The notes beneath the pieces were generated by a model. It made no database searches. It was not told the origin of the DNA and worked only from the letters and a program-made list of their open reading frames with translations. This document shows positions 1-13,300 of a stretch of DNA of 64,000 nt, one piece after another. Each line of letters starts with the position of its first letter. The first letter of the stretch is position 1. The DNA is from Phoronis australis (lineage: Eukaryota; Animalia; Phoronida): contig NMRA01000140.1 of NCBI GenBank assembly GCA_002633005.1, forward strand, positions 807,005-871,004, given 5' to 3'. A program made the translations under genes and the position numbers.

Positions 1-3000
1 ATTACGTGAGCCTGCACGGTGCAGAGATATATCTGATAGCTGAGTTCACTAATCGTCTCCAATAATAGTTAAACTGATAAATTAAGTCCATCACATGCCA
101 TTCGCCGCGCAATATCGTAAGAATAGCCGCAACAACCTGTCCCGTGTTCGCTGGAATTGGCATGTGACATGAGTTCACCCATGGCTTACGTCACGGTATG
201 TTACATCATCTTGTTTTATTAAATGCCTTCTTAAATAGAAATTCAGACAAACGAAGCCTGTAAAAGTAAAATCACAGCAAGATGTCGCTCTCACGACAAT
301 AAAATTTCCAAAAAGGCTGTGTGCTACCTAATACGAACATAAAAGCTAGATATATACCTTTTGAGTGCTTTGGTGGAAAGATTGGCGGAAGTCTAGTCTC
401 CTTGAAGGTGCAGCGTGTTGGATTCTACCAATATAGGGTAACTGTTGTCCTATACCCAGTTTTATTTCGCACGGTTTAATATAAGGGGGAGAACGTAAAG
501 CTGAAAGTACTAATGACTACGCAACACTAACCTAATTCGCTCAAAAAATCGGAGAGTGTCGCCCTATGCCCAAAATAAACTTTTTAAACAAAAGCATAAA
601 AATTTTGAGACATCCAGTTGAGAAAACAGATCAAGTTTGAGTCTAATACTGGAATAAAAACTTATAAAAAATAGCGACGTTGCGTCCACATTTCACGGAC
701 TTCACCTTTGCTTGTGACGTTATCGTTATTCTGGCCGATTGATTTGTCACACCTATGGGATGGTGTTCTGACGTCAATGCACCACCGTTAGGTCAAAACG
801 CCACCAATTGGCAAGAATAATGATAATGCACAAGCTAAGCTGAAGTCCGTGAGATGCGGATGCAACGTCACTAATTTTTGTAAGTTTTTAGTCCAGTATC
901 AGACTCAAATCTGACCTCCAAACTTTTGAAACGTTGCACAACTTAAGAGAATGAGAAAACAAAGGGACTGGCACAAAAGTATTGAAATTACCTTTAGGTG
1001 GCACAGTTCTTGTAGGAATCGTCCAAAAACTAGCGGTTGCTTTCCGACACTTGGCAGGACACAGTCGCCTGGCAAGCGGAGAGAGGCGGGGGCAAAATAC
1101 GGGCACTAAGAATCAAAATTGCCACTAGGGACCATGCGCGCACCCAGCCTGAAAAATGGGAGCAATTTTTGTGGATGAGGATCTTTTACTAAGCTTCACA
1201 CTGTACGTTCAGAATTGTGAATTGTACAATCGTCAAATTTTGGTAGCTCTTGCCTTTTTAGTGGACTTCTGTCTTGTTTTCTATTTTTTGGAGTTTTGTT
1301 TCTCTGAGGCGGACCATTTTGCCCGCTTCGCTTGAGCTCCTCTAGACCCAATCCCCCTCCCCAAAGGCATCAGTTCATTTGCCATACTCCTCATGGTGAC
1401 ATGTATTCCGGTGAAACTGAATGAAAAACTGAAGATAATAGTTTTGTTTTTTCGTCATAATCGCCACCGTCATAACTAAACATCAATTGTTAGGTTTATA
1501 AGAATGTTTAGCATGACGTCATTTTGACGTCATTGTGACGTTTTGGATCCAGTGTGACAGCATGCCTATTCTTTTCCGGGTCCAAATTGCGTCATGTACT
1601 GCCATGACCCTCGTCACTAAACATATCAATAAATTACGCTTTAGTAGACATGTAGCTCATGTTAACGTTGATGGTATTGAAGGTGTCGATTACTTTACAA
1701 ACCAAGGAGCAAGTGAACCCTGGTTCGTACCAAAACGCTGCATACCAGTCTGAAACAAGTATTAAAAGAAAAAGGTAAAACAGAGGGTGCATAAATTGTC
1801 AGTGGGTGCATGGAAGATGGGCTCCACCTGCAGACCAACGAAATTTATTTTTACAAGTCCTATTGAGCCAAGAGGTTCCAAAAGATTCTTAGACAGGTTG
1901 GTTATTCGGCAGGTGATCCAAGTAATTAGGCACTGCAACTTAGCTCTGCACCGAAACATCACAGACCATGTGACCTGTTCAAGCTGTCCTAAGTTTGGTT
2001 TGGAAGCTGACACGCTCGGAAATTTGCCCTGCTTATCAGGGTCTTCGCAATCTTCTGCTGTATGGACATATGACTTACCTGGTAGATATCGCCAAATCGG
2101 GTAGGTTCACATTTTCTTAAGAAAAACAGGAAGATTAGAAGATTTTACTCATGGGGATTCTTCATGCTGAGAGATCCCCTTGGGTCTTCATTGTACGATT
2201 AGTGCAGTGGACCCAACTGTGTAGCCTAAATACGCTTGGTGTACCACAGAAGGCACCAGGCCACCTGCCTGTTTTTTTTTTTTCTTTTTCTGTAGACATT
2301 GAATAAACAGTTTCTTTGGTACTGCTAGTTGACTGTGTGGTTAATCTTCCTCTGGAAATGTGAAATGAGCGTACCCAATAGGTCAAAGATTTTTAATTTT
2401 AAAACTCAAAAAATATCCATTATATATTTATAGTTTACAGTTCCATGAAGTTAGGCATATTACCCTGTTCTTTTTTTCAAACTTGTGCGAGAGTTTTCTG
2501 GTAGGGAAACCCCTCTGGCGATAACGTCCACACCGGCAATTTCCGGCGATGGCGTGAGAGGAAATGTACCCTATAATTCTGCTTTACAAAACTGTGTGCA
2601 AGCTTTTTGTTTGAATTCTTTTACACCGTGTAGAGAAGGGAGTTGGAACTATGCGGACCTGGCTTTTTTAATTCAAACCCAAAACCAGCCACAAAAATTT
2701 GATGAGTAACGCCTTCTTTATACCACGGGTACCAGAGCACTTAAAGGTCTGGCAGCGTCCTGTCCGTTTCGACTTCAAGTTCACCTTTAAAAAGATGATA
2801 ATTAAATGGTAATTGTTTGTTTTTCTTACGTGCAGTGTTGTGTGAAGGTGTTTCAGGAAGGGAATTTTGAAAATTGATTGTGATCTCTCCGTCTAGACAC
2901 CAGAAACTATTTATTGTAAGTCTAATTTAAATTACCTTATATTAACTATTACTCACTCGCAACCATTTTTCTTTATTTTTAAATATAAGACCACAATGCA

Positions 3001-3211
3001 CTGTCACAGAACACAAAATAACGACGTTGCGTCCATTAATTCATTCAGAGATAACATTCAAGCTCTTATTACAACTAGTTTTAAGAGTGACTCATTCCAA
3101 TATTTCAAGTGCAACGGGTTTCCGCATAGAATATGTGTGCGTCATTGCCTAACTGTTTACTGAACAACTGGCGCACTCTTCTCGGTCTACGTGATTTTGA
3201 ATAAGCAATAT

Positions 3212-5325
3212 TCACAAATTCTGACAACTGTCCGGTAGTTTGAAGACGTCCAGGTCGATGATACCGTCGTAGGTATTCACGTAGCTCACCACTTCGAACA
3301 GCGAGTCTAGAAAATTAAGGTAAAAATATACGTAATGAAGGTATGACAGTATGTTTTACTTTAAACGCTTAACACTATTCATTCATCAGTGTTGGTCGAC
3401 ATTATGAATTAATATTTGTAATGCGGACTCACGGAACAATTGATTCTTCGCAGGCGCTGACCGGAGAACGTGTACAAGAAGAAATTCAATTAGTCTTTTA
3501 TTGGCACTGAGCAATGCAAGTCTACAGATTGTATTTACATAAAATGCTATACTTACTAAACTTAATTGGCCCCAGGTCGTGTTTCTTTCCAATCAACACG
3601 TCACTGACTGGATAACAACCGTTAGAGGTCACTGTCACGCTCATACTGCTTCCGTCGCCCAAAATGGCATCACTGACGAACGTTGTTACATTGAGAGGTT
3701 TAGCTGGACTTCCGAAATACGTCGATGAAACGAAGTTCATTTCCTCTGAAATGCAATGAAATTGCACAGTTGTCAGAAACTTTTGACCCACAAATTTTAA
3801 CAAAGTTGCATTTTCCAGTAAAACCTTTTTTGAACAAACTAAACAATGATTCTTTTGTGAGATAACAAAAAGAAATTCACACACGCTAACGCACGGTAAA
3901 GAAGGGACTCCGTTTCTGGATACAAATGCACCTGTCACTGTGACATGCTGAGTTTAATATGATCAAAATGGCTTCAGTCATTCATTCGTGGCACTTACTC
4001 GTTATACAACGCGCTGTTCCATTGAGATGAAACGGAAGTGGCGATTTGATGCACTTTTTTCCGCCGTCGTAAGCCGAATACACAGCAGACTGGAAAACAT
4101 GTTGAAATATCTTTGTTTCACGTTAATTACACTAAATACCCGGATACTGCCCCCACACGTTCATGTTCGAACCAGTGCGTTTTAAACAACGCATACGCGC
4201 ATGCGCGTATGCTACATTTCTTTTTTAGACTCGGATGGACGTACAGAGACATTACTTAAACTTGGCGTTTCTTGTGTTTACCCAATCTTAATACTTTGCA
4301 ATGAACTTTCTACTCTTGAATTGAAATCATGTCAATTCAATATCCTCTGTTGGGCAGATGATTCGAACTTAATCTTTTCCAACTAATCTTGCTCTTGTGG
4401 TGCTACTCAAGTGTGAGGGCACAGACTACTATCCTACCTGCTAACGAGCCCAATATTCGTTTGCATGTTATCGAACAATCATACAAAAAGGAAATATTTT
4501 CAAGGTGATGGTGGCTTTTTTGCTATTAATGAGCTACAACAAGTCAGAACATCGGATTGAAATCTCCTGACGTCATTATATAGGAATCAAGAGTAGCTTG
4601 AGCTGAAACTCGTATTCTTTCACACACAATATACTTAATGACAGCAACTTCTTGTTGGTGACATGCGTACATTGTTTTTTCCAAACATGTAGAAGACAGA
4701 AATGTCGTCAGATATCAGAACAGCACGGTCATTCTTGTAGTCAAACGAACCAGCAAACATCATCTGAAATAACAAGTTTCGAGTAAGGAATACGGCTTCA
4801 ATGATAGTGTGATTGATCAAACATCTCCCTAAGAGAAATTATTTCTATAACTGTCTTATTTCGAATGTTCAGGCCACGTAGATGTCCCGTGTTTTGATCA
4901 ATGAAAAAGCGAGATCGACATCAGATCCAGGTCAAGCGAAACTCCCTTAGGCATTCTTTTTCATTCTTGGTATCTCCAAGAATAGATATTGTAAAATCAA
5001 AGTTTCAAATCCTTCTTAAAGAACCAGCACCTTTGCTAGTTGCTAAGGGACTAAGTGAGGCCAAATCAAGATGTGTTGAGACGACATAAGTCAATTCAAA
5101 TCCACACTAAGAGTAGTTTACAGATTCATTAACAAAATATCGACGCACAACTCGTATATCCGGTTTCTTGAGTGGAGTCGAGACCTCTAGCTCAACAAAT
5201 ACGTCCGCCTCGAACTGTTTGGGAAAGCAACAGCCCGTTTCATTGGTGACGAGGGGTGCGGCAAGGCATGCGCTCAATACGCCAAGTACCACAAGGATAG
5301 ACGCATACAAACGAGATGAGGTCAT
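3212..5325 (-). CDS. Ependymin-related secreted glycoprotein (EPDR family), 5 coding exons, 214 aa
   Basis: Exons 5325-5149, 4763-4671, 4089-3999, 3745-3557, 3306-3212 (177+93+91+189+95=645 nt), all GT..AG and phase-consistent. Protein: signal peptide MTSSRLYASILVVLGVLSACLAA, then GCCFPKQFE...FDYKNDR...KKCIKSPL...RCI...VTVTSNGCYPVS...YVNTYDGIIDLDVFKLPDSCQNL*. The N-terminal CCxP, the CxP motif and the C-terminal N..GI.D..VF..P..C are typical of invertebrate ependymin-related proteins. Confidence 0.9.
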
Positions 5326-5439
5326 TCTGAAACAGAAGTTGTACATTTCTAAAGTCATAACTCCACCGTGGTACATCATATGCTACAAAATGTGATTTAA
5401 ATGGCAATTATTGGACAATTGTCAATTAGGTGTGCTTAC

Positions 5440-5495
5440 CTCGAGTTGTTACGTGGTCGAATTAGGGAGGTGTCATGCTGTTACTGGTTTATAAA
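5440..5495 (-). promoter_or_regulatory. Putative TATA box and short non-coding first exon of the EPDR gene
   Basis: Minus-strand TATAAA at ~5488-5493; donor GTAAGC at 5439-5434; acceptor TTTCAG ending at 5327, one base before the ATG at 5325. Confidence 0.5.
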
Positions 5496-7611
5496 CAAGT
5501 GGTGTCACGAGATGGTTTAAACGAATCCTCTTACAATTACAAAAATCAGCTGTGATAATAAGTTCAGTGATTCCGCATCAGCAACAATCGGTACATTGAA
5601 TTAAACTTGTGCCAGTTTTTCACTCACATTCGTGGGAATGCTGAACAGCTAAATGAACGCACTTTCGTATTCTTGTTGGATGGGATAGGCTTCCCGAAGT
5701 TAGTCGTCTTTGAGTAGAGCTATAAAACAACAAAATCCGTTGTGTATGAGTTACTTTATTACAAATTGTTAATTTTCGCCTTTGTCTGCCAGGCATTCGC
5801 TGAAACCAAGGCTGGTGTCTTTGTCCAATACTTTGCGATTTAGCGCGTTTATCTTTGCTCAGTAGCAGTAAGAGAGTCCAAATCCGTGGTACTACTGATA
5901 TCCGTAAATTTGCTTTTCTTGCCGAGAATGTCCATTAACCGTAAATCACTGCCGATCGTAACGTAGGAAAAACACAATGGCACCAGGTAAAATTACTACA
6001 AAGAAATAAAACTAGTATTTAGATGACACGTTGGTGAAAGCTAATCAGTGATTCCGTTATTTGTATTGCGGTTTCTATATATATATATATTTGTTAGTAG
6101 TATCGACGACCCTTATTTATGTGGGTGTATGACGCTTTCTTTGGATAATTCAAGAACAATGGCAAGGTGACACGTGACAGTGCGATGTTAATGTTTTCAT
6201 GAAGGGTGCACTTTCATGCAACGCACGAAGCAGAAGATAATGCCGGTGCTCACTAGATAACCACAAGCACAGTGTGCTGATAGCGTCAGGTTATCGTTTG
6301 ACATAATATCCACCGAAGCAGCGAACACTTAAACAAAACTTTTCAAAATGCCCGACAACTTTGGAAATGGCATTCTGCTTTTAATGGATATAATTGACTG
6401 ACTAGACTAGAGGGTTAAAATGAAAATAAAATAGACAGTGAAATGTCTTTATTCCCCAGCAGTATCAAGTATAAAATCACCAGCTTTCAAGTGTGTACGC
6501 AGTTCTTCGACATTTAAGTAGAGATAGAATGAATGACAAAGAGCCGCACACTTGCTATTAAGTTTATGTGTTTGATATTGCTGGAAAATACATGTACATT
6601 TTGTGTACAATTTGTTTTTTCAGAATACGCCTGCGGCAAAAGTTTTATTTTTTGCACAACTGCGAGATCGTAAACACTCGCTTTGATGATACCCTTTCCC
6701 CATACATTTTAGTTAAAAAATTGATAAAACGGATTTTAACCGTGTTGTGTACTTAGTCACACAATAACAGGACGTTTGTAGGTTGTTATTGTTCATGAGT
6801 TCAGTAGTTTAATTGGTATTATGTCATGCGATTCCTAGTATAGGAAGTGTGTCATAGGTAACGCATCATATGTTGTTATGTAGTCGTGTGTATATATATA
6901 TTGTTGTGATATGTGCAATGAAACAGTTAAGTGTTCAGTTCAATTCTGTTCGTTTCACTGCGTAGTTAATGGAGTGTCTACTTTATTTGACAAAGTAAGA
7001 TACACAACAAACCGGATGTGGATAGATCAGTCGAAATGTAACCCCAAATAATGCTTATTCAACACAACTCCAAATACTTTCAAAGCTAACTGAATTTAAT
7101 ATGATTTTGGTTTGGTGTTACACTACCACCTAAAATGGCCACCGCAATGAGTGACGCGTGCATTATGCGTACTCACTCTGAACAGTCCCAAACAGGACAA
7201 AAAAGTTACGAAATGTTTTTGTGTTATCGTACGACTGATGATACTCATCGTGAGTTCGAAGCTGGCGAATGTAAAGGAAGGTGCTTTAAGATTAAGGTTT
7301 TCAGATTGTGTACTGCAGGTTTCTTTAGAGGTTTCTTTAGCCCAGTCCTGAAGGAACTTGGTCTCGAATGGCAAAAGCGATAAGTAAACGTTGAGAAATG
7401 GTCTTAGTTATATTAATTGCTACAGAAATTTTTCATAGCTCTTAAATGTCACGGCCACAATGACATCTAGCGGTTTGAAAATACGATTCTGGCTGTCGGA
7501 ATGTCGATATCACTTGTTGACCCTGAGCTCCAAGCTCCAAACAGTTATCTACAATTTATTGACTTTGGGAATGTTTATCTGTAATTCATAGGTGAAGTAC
7601 ATGTTCAGATG

Positions 7612-8316
7612 TGTCACGTTTTCCCCGTGTGTGGGTGGTCGCAGGTTGTTACTGAGACCGGTGCTAATAGCTTTCGGTGCGACGATAGACTGAAGACTGG
7701 TTCGAGTTAATCTTTTATTAATCTCGACCGTACGTTCACAAGCTTACTCAAACAAAACGTCCGACGTAATGTCTGTTTATGCTCCAGCCAGTGCTGCGAA
7801 GCCTTGACTTGTGATGAACTTCTAAGACACGTTCAGCAACTGTTACACTCGTCGATTCAATAATCTGCTGTCTCTATAGCTGGCTCTCTATTGACTATCG
7901 CTGTAACTGCTGATTCTCTTCACTACAACTCAACTGTAGTTCTCCTGATTAACTTTCTTGAACTAACTTGATCTGACTTAAACTGACTTGATCCGACTTG
8001 AACTGACTTGATCTGACTAACACAAACCAGTGCTTGTGTATTTATAGCCTAATGCATTGTTCTTGAACTTTACATCAAGCACATTCTAGAACTTTCCTGA
8101 ATCTACCCAATCATTCTGCAAACATATACTAGTCTCTAGAATATTCCAGACCGCATTAATCACTGTCATGCTAAAGTCTAAAGTTGCATACTATTCTGTA
8201 GTAAAGAAATTACATCATCATTGTACTTAACTCAGGGGTCATGCCAATCAAACAGAATAACAAAACAAAACAATACAACTAAAAATACTGTCAGACTATA
8301 TTCTGACAATATGACA
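7612..8316 (-). mobile_element. Solo LTR-like element
   Basis: Bounded by TGTCA...TGACA inverted ends. On the minus strand a TATAAA (~8041-8046) precedes an AATAAA (~7714-7719), with an internal tandem repeat (aactgacttgatc[t/c]gactt, ~7961-8020). No perfect TSD is visible (agatg vs cgacg). Confidence 0.6.
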
Positions 8317-9099
8317 CGACGACAGGTCCTGCAGTTTTAAACAAACAGTGCACGTCACTATTGTTGGATTAAATTGGAGTTCACGACAATCAGTTTACCA
8401 ATTTAGTTTAGCTTATGCTATTGAGGTATTAGCATACGGGGAATTTCATATCCAACTATAGAGTTAAGCAACTTAATCTAAACACGTCACCAGAGCTACA
8501 TTCAAGGCTCATGGTGTCGTTTTATTGCTCTAAGTCAAATATTGACAAATACGTGATGTCATGTTTGCTCACTGTGGACGGTTATTAAATTCTCATACTA
8601 TAGATGCAAAGTGTGATTACACGACGAGTAGGGAGCAGCCCAACGCACAACTCAATGTAAGTGTTACGGTACCACGATGTTACCTTAGGCGTTCCTTTCT
8701 AAAGGCCTTATACACTTTGTGGGTGACGGTTGCGTAACGAGCGATCGTACCACTCTCAGTAAAGTATCTGGCCGCTACTCCGCATGCCTCATCAGACGGC
8801 ACCAGGCGAGAGTAGGTAGATCGACTGTGTGAGTATGTTTCCAGTGTATATCTTTGAGCGACATGGTTATTGTCATGAGAACGTTCGTAGTCACGAACAG
8901 TGTTTAGTAGTAGTGTCTGTTTCACCAAACGTCATCTGAAGCAACTTGATACGTTGTGTAAAGAGTGTTTAATTGTTATCGTAACGCTCAGCCATGTCAA
9001 CGGTAAGCGCTGACTTCACGTTATCATAATGCCTCGTTGAAGTAGGACTTTATCAACAACAAGTTTGTGTATTCAGATAAATACCTACAGAACTATAGA

Positions 9100-9460
9100 A
9101 TCTATCCCTGCAAAAGTATTCACTTTATAAAAGTAGAAAGACAGCAGAATTTGACTTTCGGGTTTATGCCAATGTGTCGGTAATTGGGTCACGTGACCAT
9201 GTTTGTTTAATGAAATTTCGCAAAAAGGTATAATAATAGGAGCACACTTTGCTAAACCTCAACAACGCAATAACAGATTTTCTAAGTTTTCACTTCGTTT
9301 TCGTTTTTGGCATATTTTGATTTTGTCAGAAAAATCAAGAAAGTTTAATGGCAGCTTATGGAAACGCTTCACATGAATCTCAGTGATCACCCATTTCTGA
9401 GATATGGTGTTCCGAAGTTAGCCAAATTTAGATATTTTTCTACGGCCTACATTACCTTAA
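9100..9460 (-). mobile_element. Non-autonomous DNA transposon fragment with TTAA-GG terminus (Kolobok-like)
   Basis: The reverse complement of the end (ttaaggtaatgtagg...aacttcggaacaccatatctcagaaatgg) aligns with copies starting at ~13669 (+) and ~26905 (+). The left boundary is approximate. Confidence 0.5.
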
Positions 9461-10341
9461 TTATACAATAATTATGTTCCTGTAAACATTATCAACTGGA
9501 TACTGCGCGTTGGTACTGTGCCGCACCACAAAAACGGCCGTGCGGCCGAGGAGACCTGCTAATTTCATACAACCTTCTTCACGTTGTCAGTTGAATAATG
9601 TTGTTTGTGTTCCTGTCCTGGGGGTAGCTACCGAAATTGTCTGCTTGCTGGTCGTATAATACAGGGTATAATGACGACCTGTGGAGGATGATACTGTAAA
9701 TGTTTTGTCGCGTCTCCGTTGCGTAATCATATTTGTACCATTGCGTTGCCACGGTTTCATTTTACACACATTCCACTTACAGCAGCACCCGTCTTAGACG
9801 TGCGGCACAACGAATAACCAGCAAAAACACAAACAATTGGCGGCTTTCGTATTTTATTTACAAGCATATTCAGATAAACATGTGTACCTTCTTGCAAATA
9901 TAATGCCTCCCCATACAAAATCACTGATTATTTCTTTCGTTCAGTTATCATATTAAATTCAAAAACTGTCGAGCTATAACTAGGGCTTCGTTCTTTAGAC
10001 GCAAGAACCTTGCGAAAACGCCAGGCATTAGAAACGTAGCATTTGATCACACAACATGATCACGCGAAATTCTGCGGAACGGAACCCAGATTTGGTGACT
10101 CCTAGAAGTCCTAGAGCGAACTGCCCACTCCATGTACTTATCAAAAATATTTACACAAGTGCCAAGATAAACAAACGATTAGGCCCACTGCCTTTGGATC
10201 ATGTATAAAATATGTAGGTTAAGGTATGCGGTAAGTCGACTGCTGATTGGTTGGCTATTTCGCTCAATGAGTTGAGGTGAATCTGAACACGCACTATCGA
10301 ACAAACTGAAACTGAAAACGGAACTACTTTTCCAGGATACA

Positions 10342-13300
10342 ATGAGGTGGGAACTCTTATTCGCCCTTGTGGTAGCGCTTGTCGTATGTGCAGATGCAAG
10401 ACGACACAAGAAAGTACGATGTAAAGCAGACGATAATTGCGTTGGTAGCGATGGTGCACCAGGTATGCAGGTTTGAGAGATTTGTGTGTACGTACGCTTG
10501 TTTTTGTGCATATTTACTGCGTACGCCAACGCTTGCGTGGACGAGACGACGTCGCCACCTGGTGACTTAAAATTGACATTATCTTGTCATTAATCGGGTA
10601 TCAAAAAGGATGATGGGTCATTATGCTTTTGCGAACTCGTGTGCTTCCCTTCCTCGTAAATTTGTCAATCTCGGTTTAAAACGGTTAGTTGCTGGACACT
10701 TTTTGAGCTGACTCACGAAATATTGTCGATTTCCACATGTTGTTGAGCCGACTAGTGGATGGTTTCGCCACCAGTAGGCCAATGTTTTTGCTTGTAGTCG
10801 CTGTCGACATACATACGTACATGTTTGTGTGTCGAGTCGCTGCAGACCGCAGAAACATGCATATGTGTTGGCATGAGTTGTGGTTGGGATGAATGTGCGT
10901 GTGTTTGAATAGGAGTCGCTGTCGACATACGTGTATCAAAAATCAGCATTATTAGGAGGAGGGCGCACAAACTCCTATTTCGTCAAACTTATGCTTCCCC
11001 CATCGTATTCTAAAATTCAAATTTCTCCCTATTGCCATCTCTCCGGCCCCTTGTCGTTGCCAATTTCGCACTACGAGAAACTTGCGTTCCCATATTTCAA
11101 TAAAATTTTATGAGAAAAGTTCATTTCATAATATTAAATGTAAAGCGTACGTTAATGGTATGATTTTACCGTTAGAGGGGTACGTTTATCAAATGCGCTA
11201 TATTTGGGTGCTAAAAATGTATAAATCCAGCAGTGGTTCTTGATAAATGTTCCCTTACACCTGTTTCGGTTGCCACTGTTTCACCCTGACGTCTGTACAT
11301 TATTGTGGGACCGTATCCTCGCCTCCCTCCCCCCTCCATTCCTACGGCCCTGGCCATGTATATTGATGTTTGAACGGGGAGAGCACTGTGCACTTGTACG
11401 TCCATATTTGTTAGTACGGAGACTGAGCCGCTGCAGACCAGAGGGACATGCATGAATGTTCGGGTTTTTTTGTAAGGGGGAGACGTTGTCGACATAAGTT
11501 GCGTACATTTTTGTTATGAGTAATGTTTGTAAGAGACTTCGTTGTAAATAAGAGAGGCCTGCATGATGGAAAATCTTGGCCTACTACTGCACGGAGAGTT
11601 GCTGTCGACACTCGTACATACGTCAGTAGGAAAAATCCGTATCGACAAAGATGACGTGTAAGTTTAAAAACCATCATATTGTACAGCATTTGGCACCGAG
11701 TTCATGTATTTACCATTTACAAATTATTTCACCGTTCATCACGTTTTGTTTTGACTTCAAAATACTTCCTTCAACAGGGAAATGTGAGGATTTTGATACC
11801 AGCTTTTTAAAACTCCGACATCGGGGCATTGCAGTTATCAACCCTAGCCAGCACAAGTGTACATAACAAACAGATCCCGCAAATTCACTGATCAGAGCTC
11901 AAGTTTAGATTGCGGCTGCCATGTTTATGCAATGAAACCAGGAACTAATACAAATATCTAGCGATCTGAGCGAATACCAAGCTTTGAGAGTTTATCCGAT
12001 TCCTTCTGCTAATTAGAGTGTTTTTCGGTCTGTCTCATTAAGCCGGAATGTACCAAAGATATGAGCTGAAGAACCGTGATTTCATCCGTTTAGGCTACTT
12101 GAAACCATCGCATCAAATTAACACCATCTTAACGCAACCAAAGTTGATGGTCACCACTGATGTCGTTAGTCATTCTACACTATAACCTGGCGCTGATTAG
12201 CGTGCTTCGATACCTCTCCAGTGTTGACTTTCGACCATCCATTTATAGTGGTACAGTGCTTAGTTTTAACGTGATGTTGAATAAGTCTCGTGTTTCTTCT
12301 CAGTTGAAAGCACCAGTAAGGGTCATTTACAAGGATGCCGCATTTTGAGAACCAGTCACTAAATAACAGTCATCAAGCTGGTTCTCAAAGTCCTGGACCC
12401 CTGTCAGTAGAGTGCAGAAAGGCGGGGGGGGCGACGGAGCGACGGTCTCGGGCATCCAAATGAGGGCATCCCATTGCTATGAATAAACTTTTCGAAATTG
12501 TGACTGACTTGCAGTTACATTGAATGAAAAGTTTCTATTTTATGTTCCATCTTTTTTACTTTTGTTACTACTAGGGTCCATGCATTTGAGTTGAGATAGG
12601 GACATCCAATAAAAATTCGCCCCGGGCGTCACCAAACCTCTGCACGATACTGCTCCCCGTAAGTGACAATTTTACCATATCACCCGTACATTCAAATGTA
12701 TAACATGAACGCGGTTTATTTCTTGAAAAGCTATAAATAACAGGTAGCTGTGGTTTATTACAAGCTTATCTTTAAACGGTATTCGGTATTAACTATGTAA
12801 TCAAGTTTCCTGGATTTTAAATAGAAACTGAAATTTTCTTGCCCGGCGTGGCGGCTTTGTCATTTTCAGCAGTGGTGCAAGTCGCCATCCACGGTATACT
12901 GTACGTAATTCTAGAACAAGTGGATTTAAAACGAATTCCAGGTGCACGAGTGCAATTCAGTTATGGTAATTGTGTTTCTGTGGTGTAATTTTCAGGTTGT
13001 TGTATCCTGAAAACATGGACGAATAAGAAGGGTGTGACCAAATCGAAAGGGAAATGTTCACGTCGGCCATTTTCCTTGAGTGAATTCAAAAAATGCAAGG
13101 CAGACTGTGAATGCCGTGAGGGTAAGAATTAAGTATTCAACCGACGATTGTACTGGGTGTTTTAAGACTAGACACAATGGTTGCATTTTCTACTACGCTG
13201 GTAGCGATTAACTTATACTTAAATATATTGTTTCACAGCTTTCGTCATTTTTAGGTCTTTCGGCCTTTACAGTGCTGAGCAAATAATACTGGTTGGATGG

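Noticed and set aside
1760-2400. Possible very old DIRS-like RT remnant on the minus strand
   Set aside because: Only a vague resemblance; no catalytic YxDD or other diagnostic motif is readable.
7135-7383. Short ORF ending in amphipathic GFFRGFFSPVLKELGLEWQKR, superficially antimicrobial-peptide-like
   Set aside because: No signal peptide, no convincing splice context and no recognisable family; consistent with chance.
7961-8020. Short regularly spaced repeats as a CRISPR-like array
   Set aside because: A simple tandem repeat inside an LTR, with no unique spacers, in a eukaryotic context.
8680-9770. Minus-strand ORF fragments with a possible donor at ~8683
   Set aside because: Frames are interrupted by stops and cannot be joined into a coherent protein; no motif recognised.
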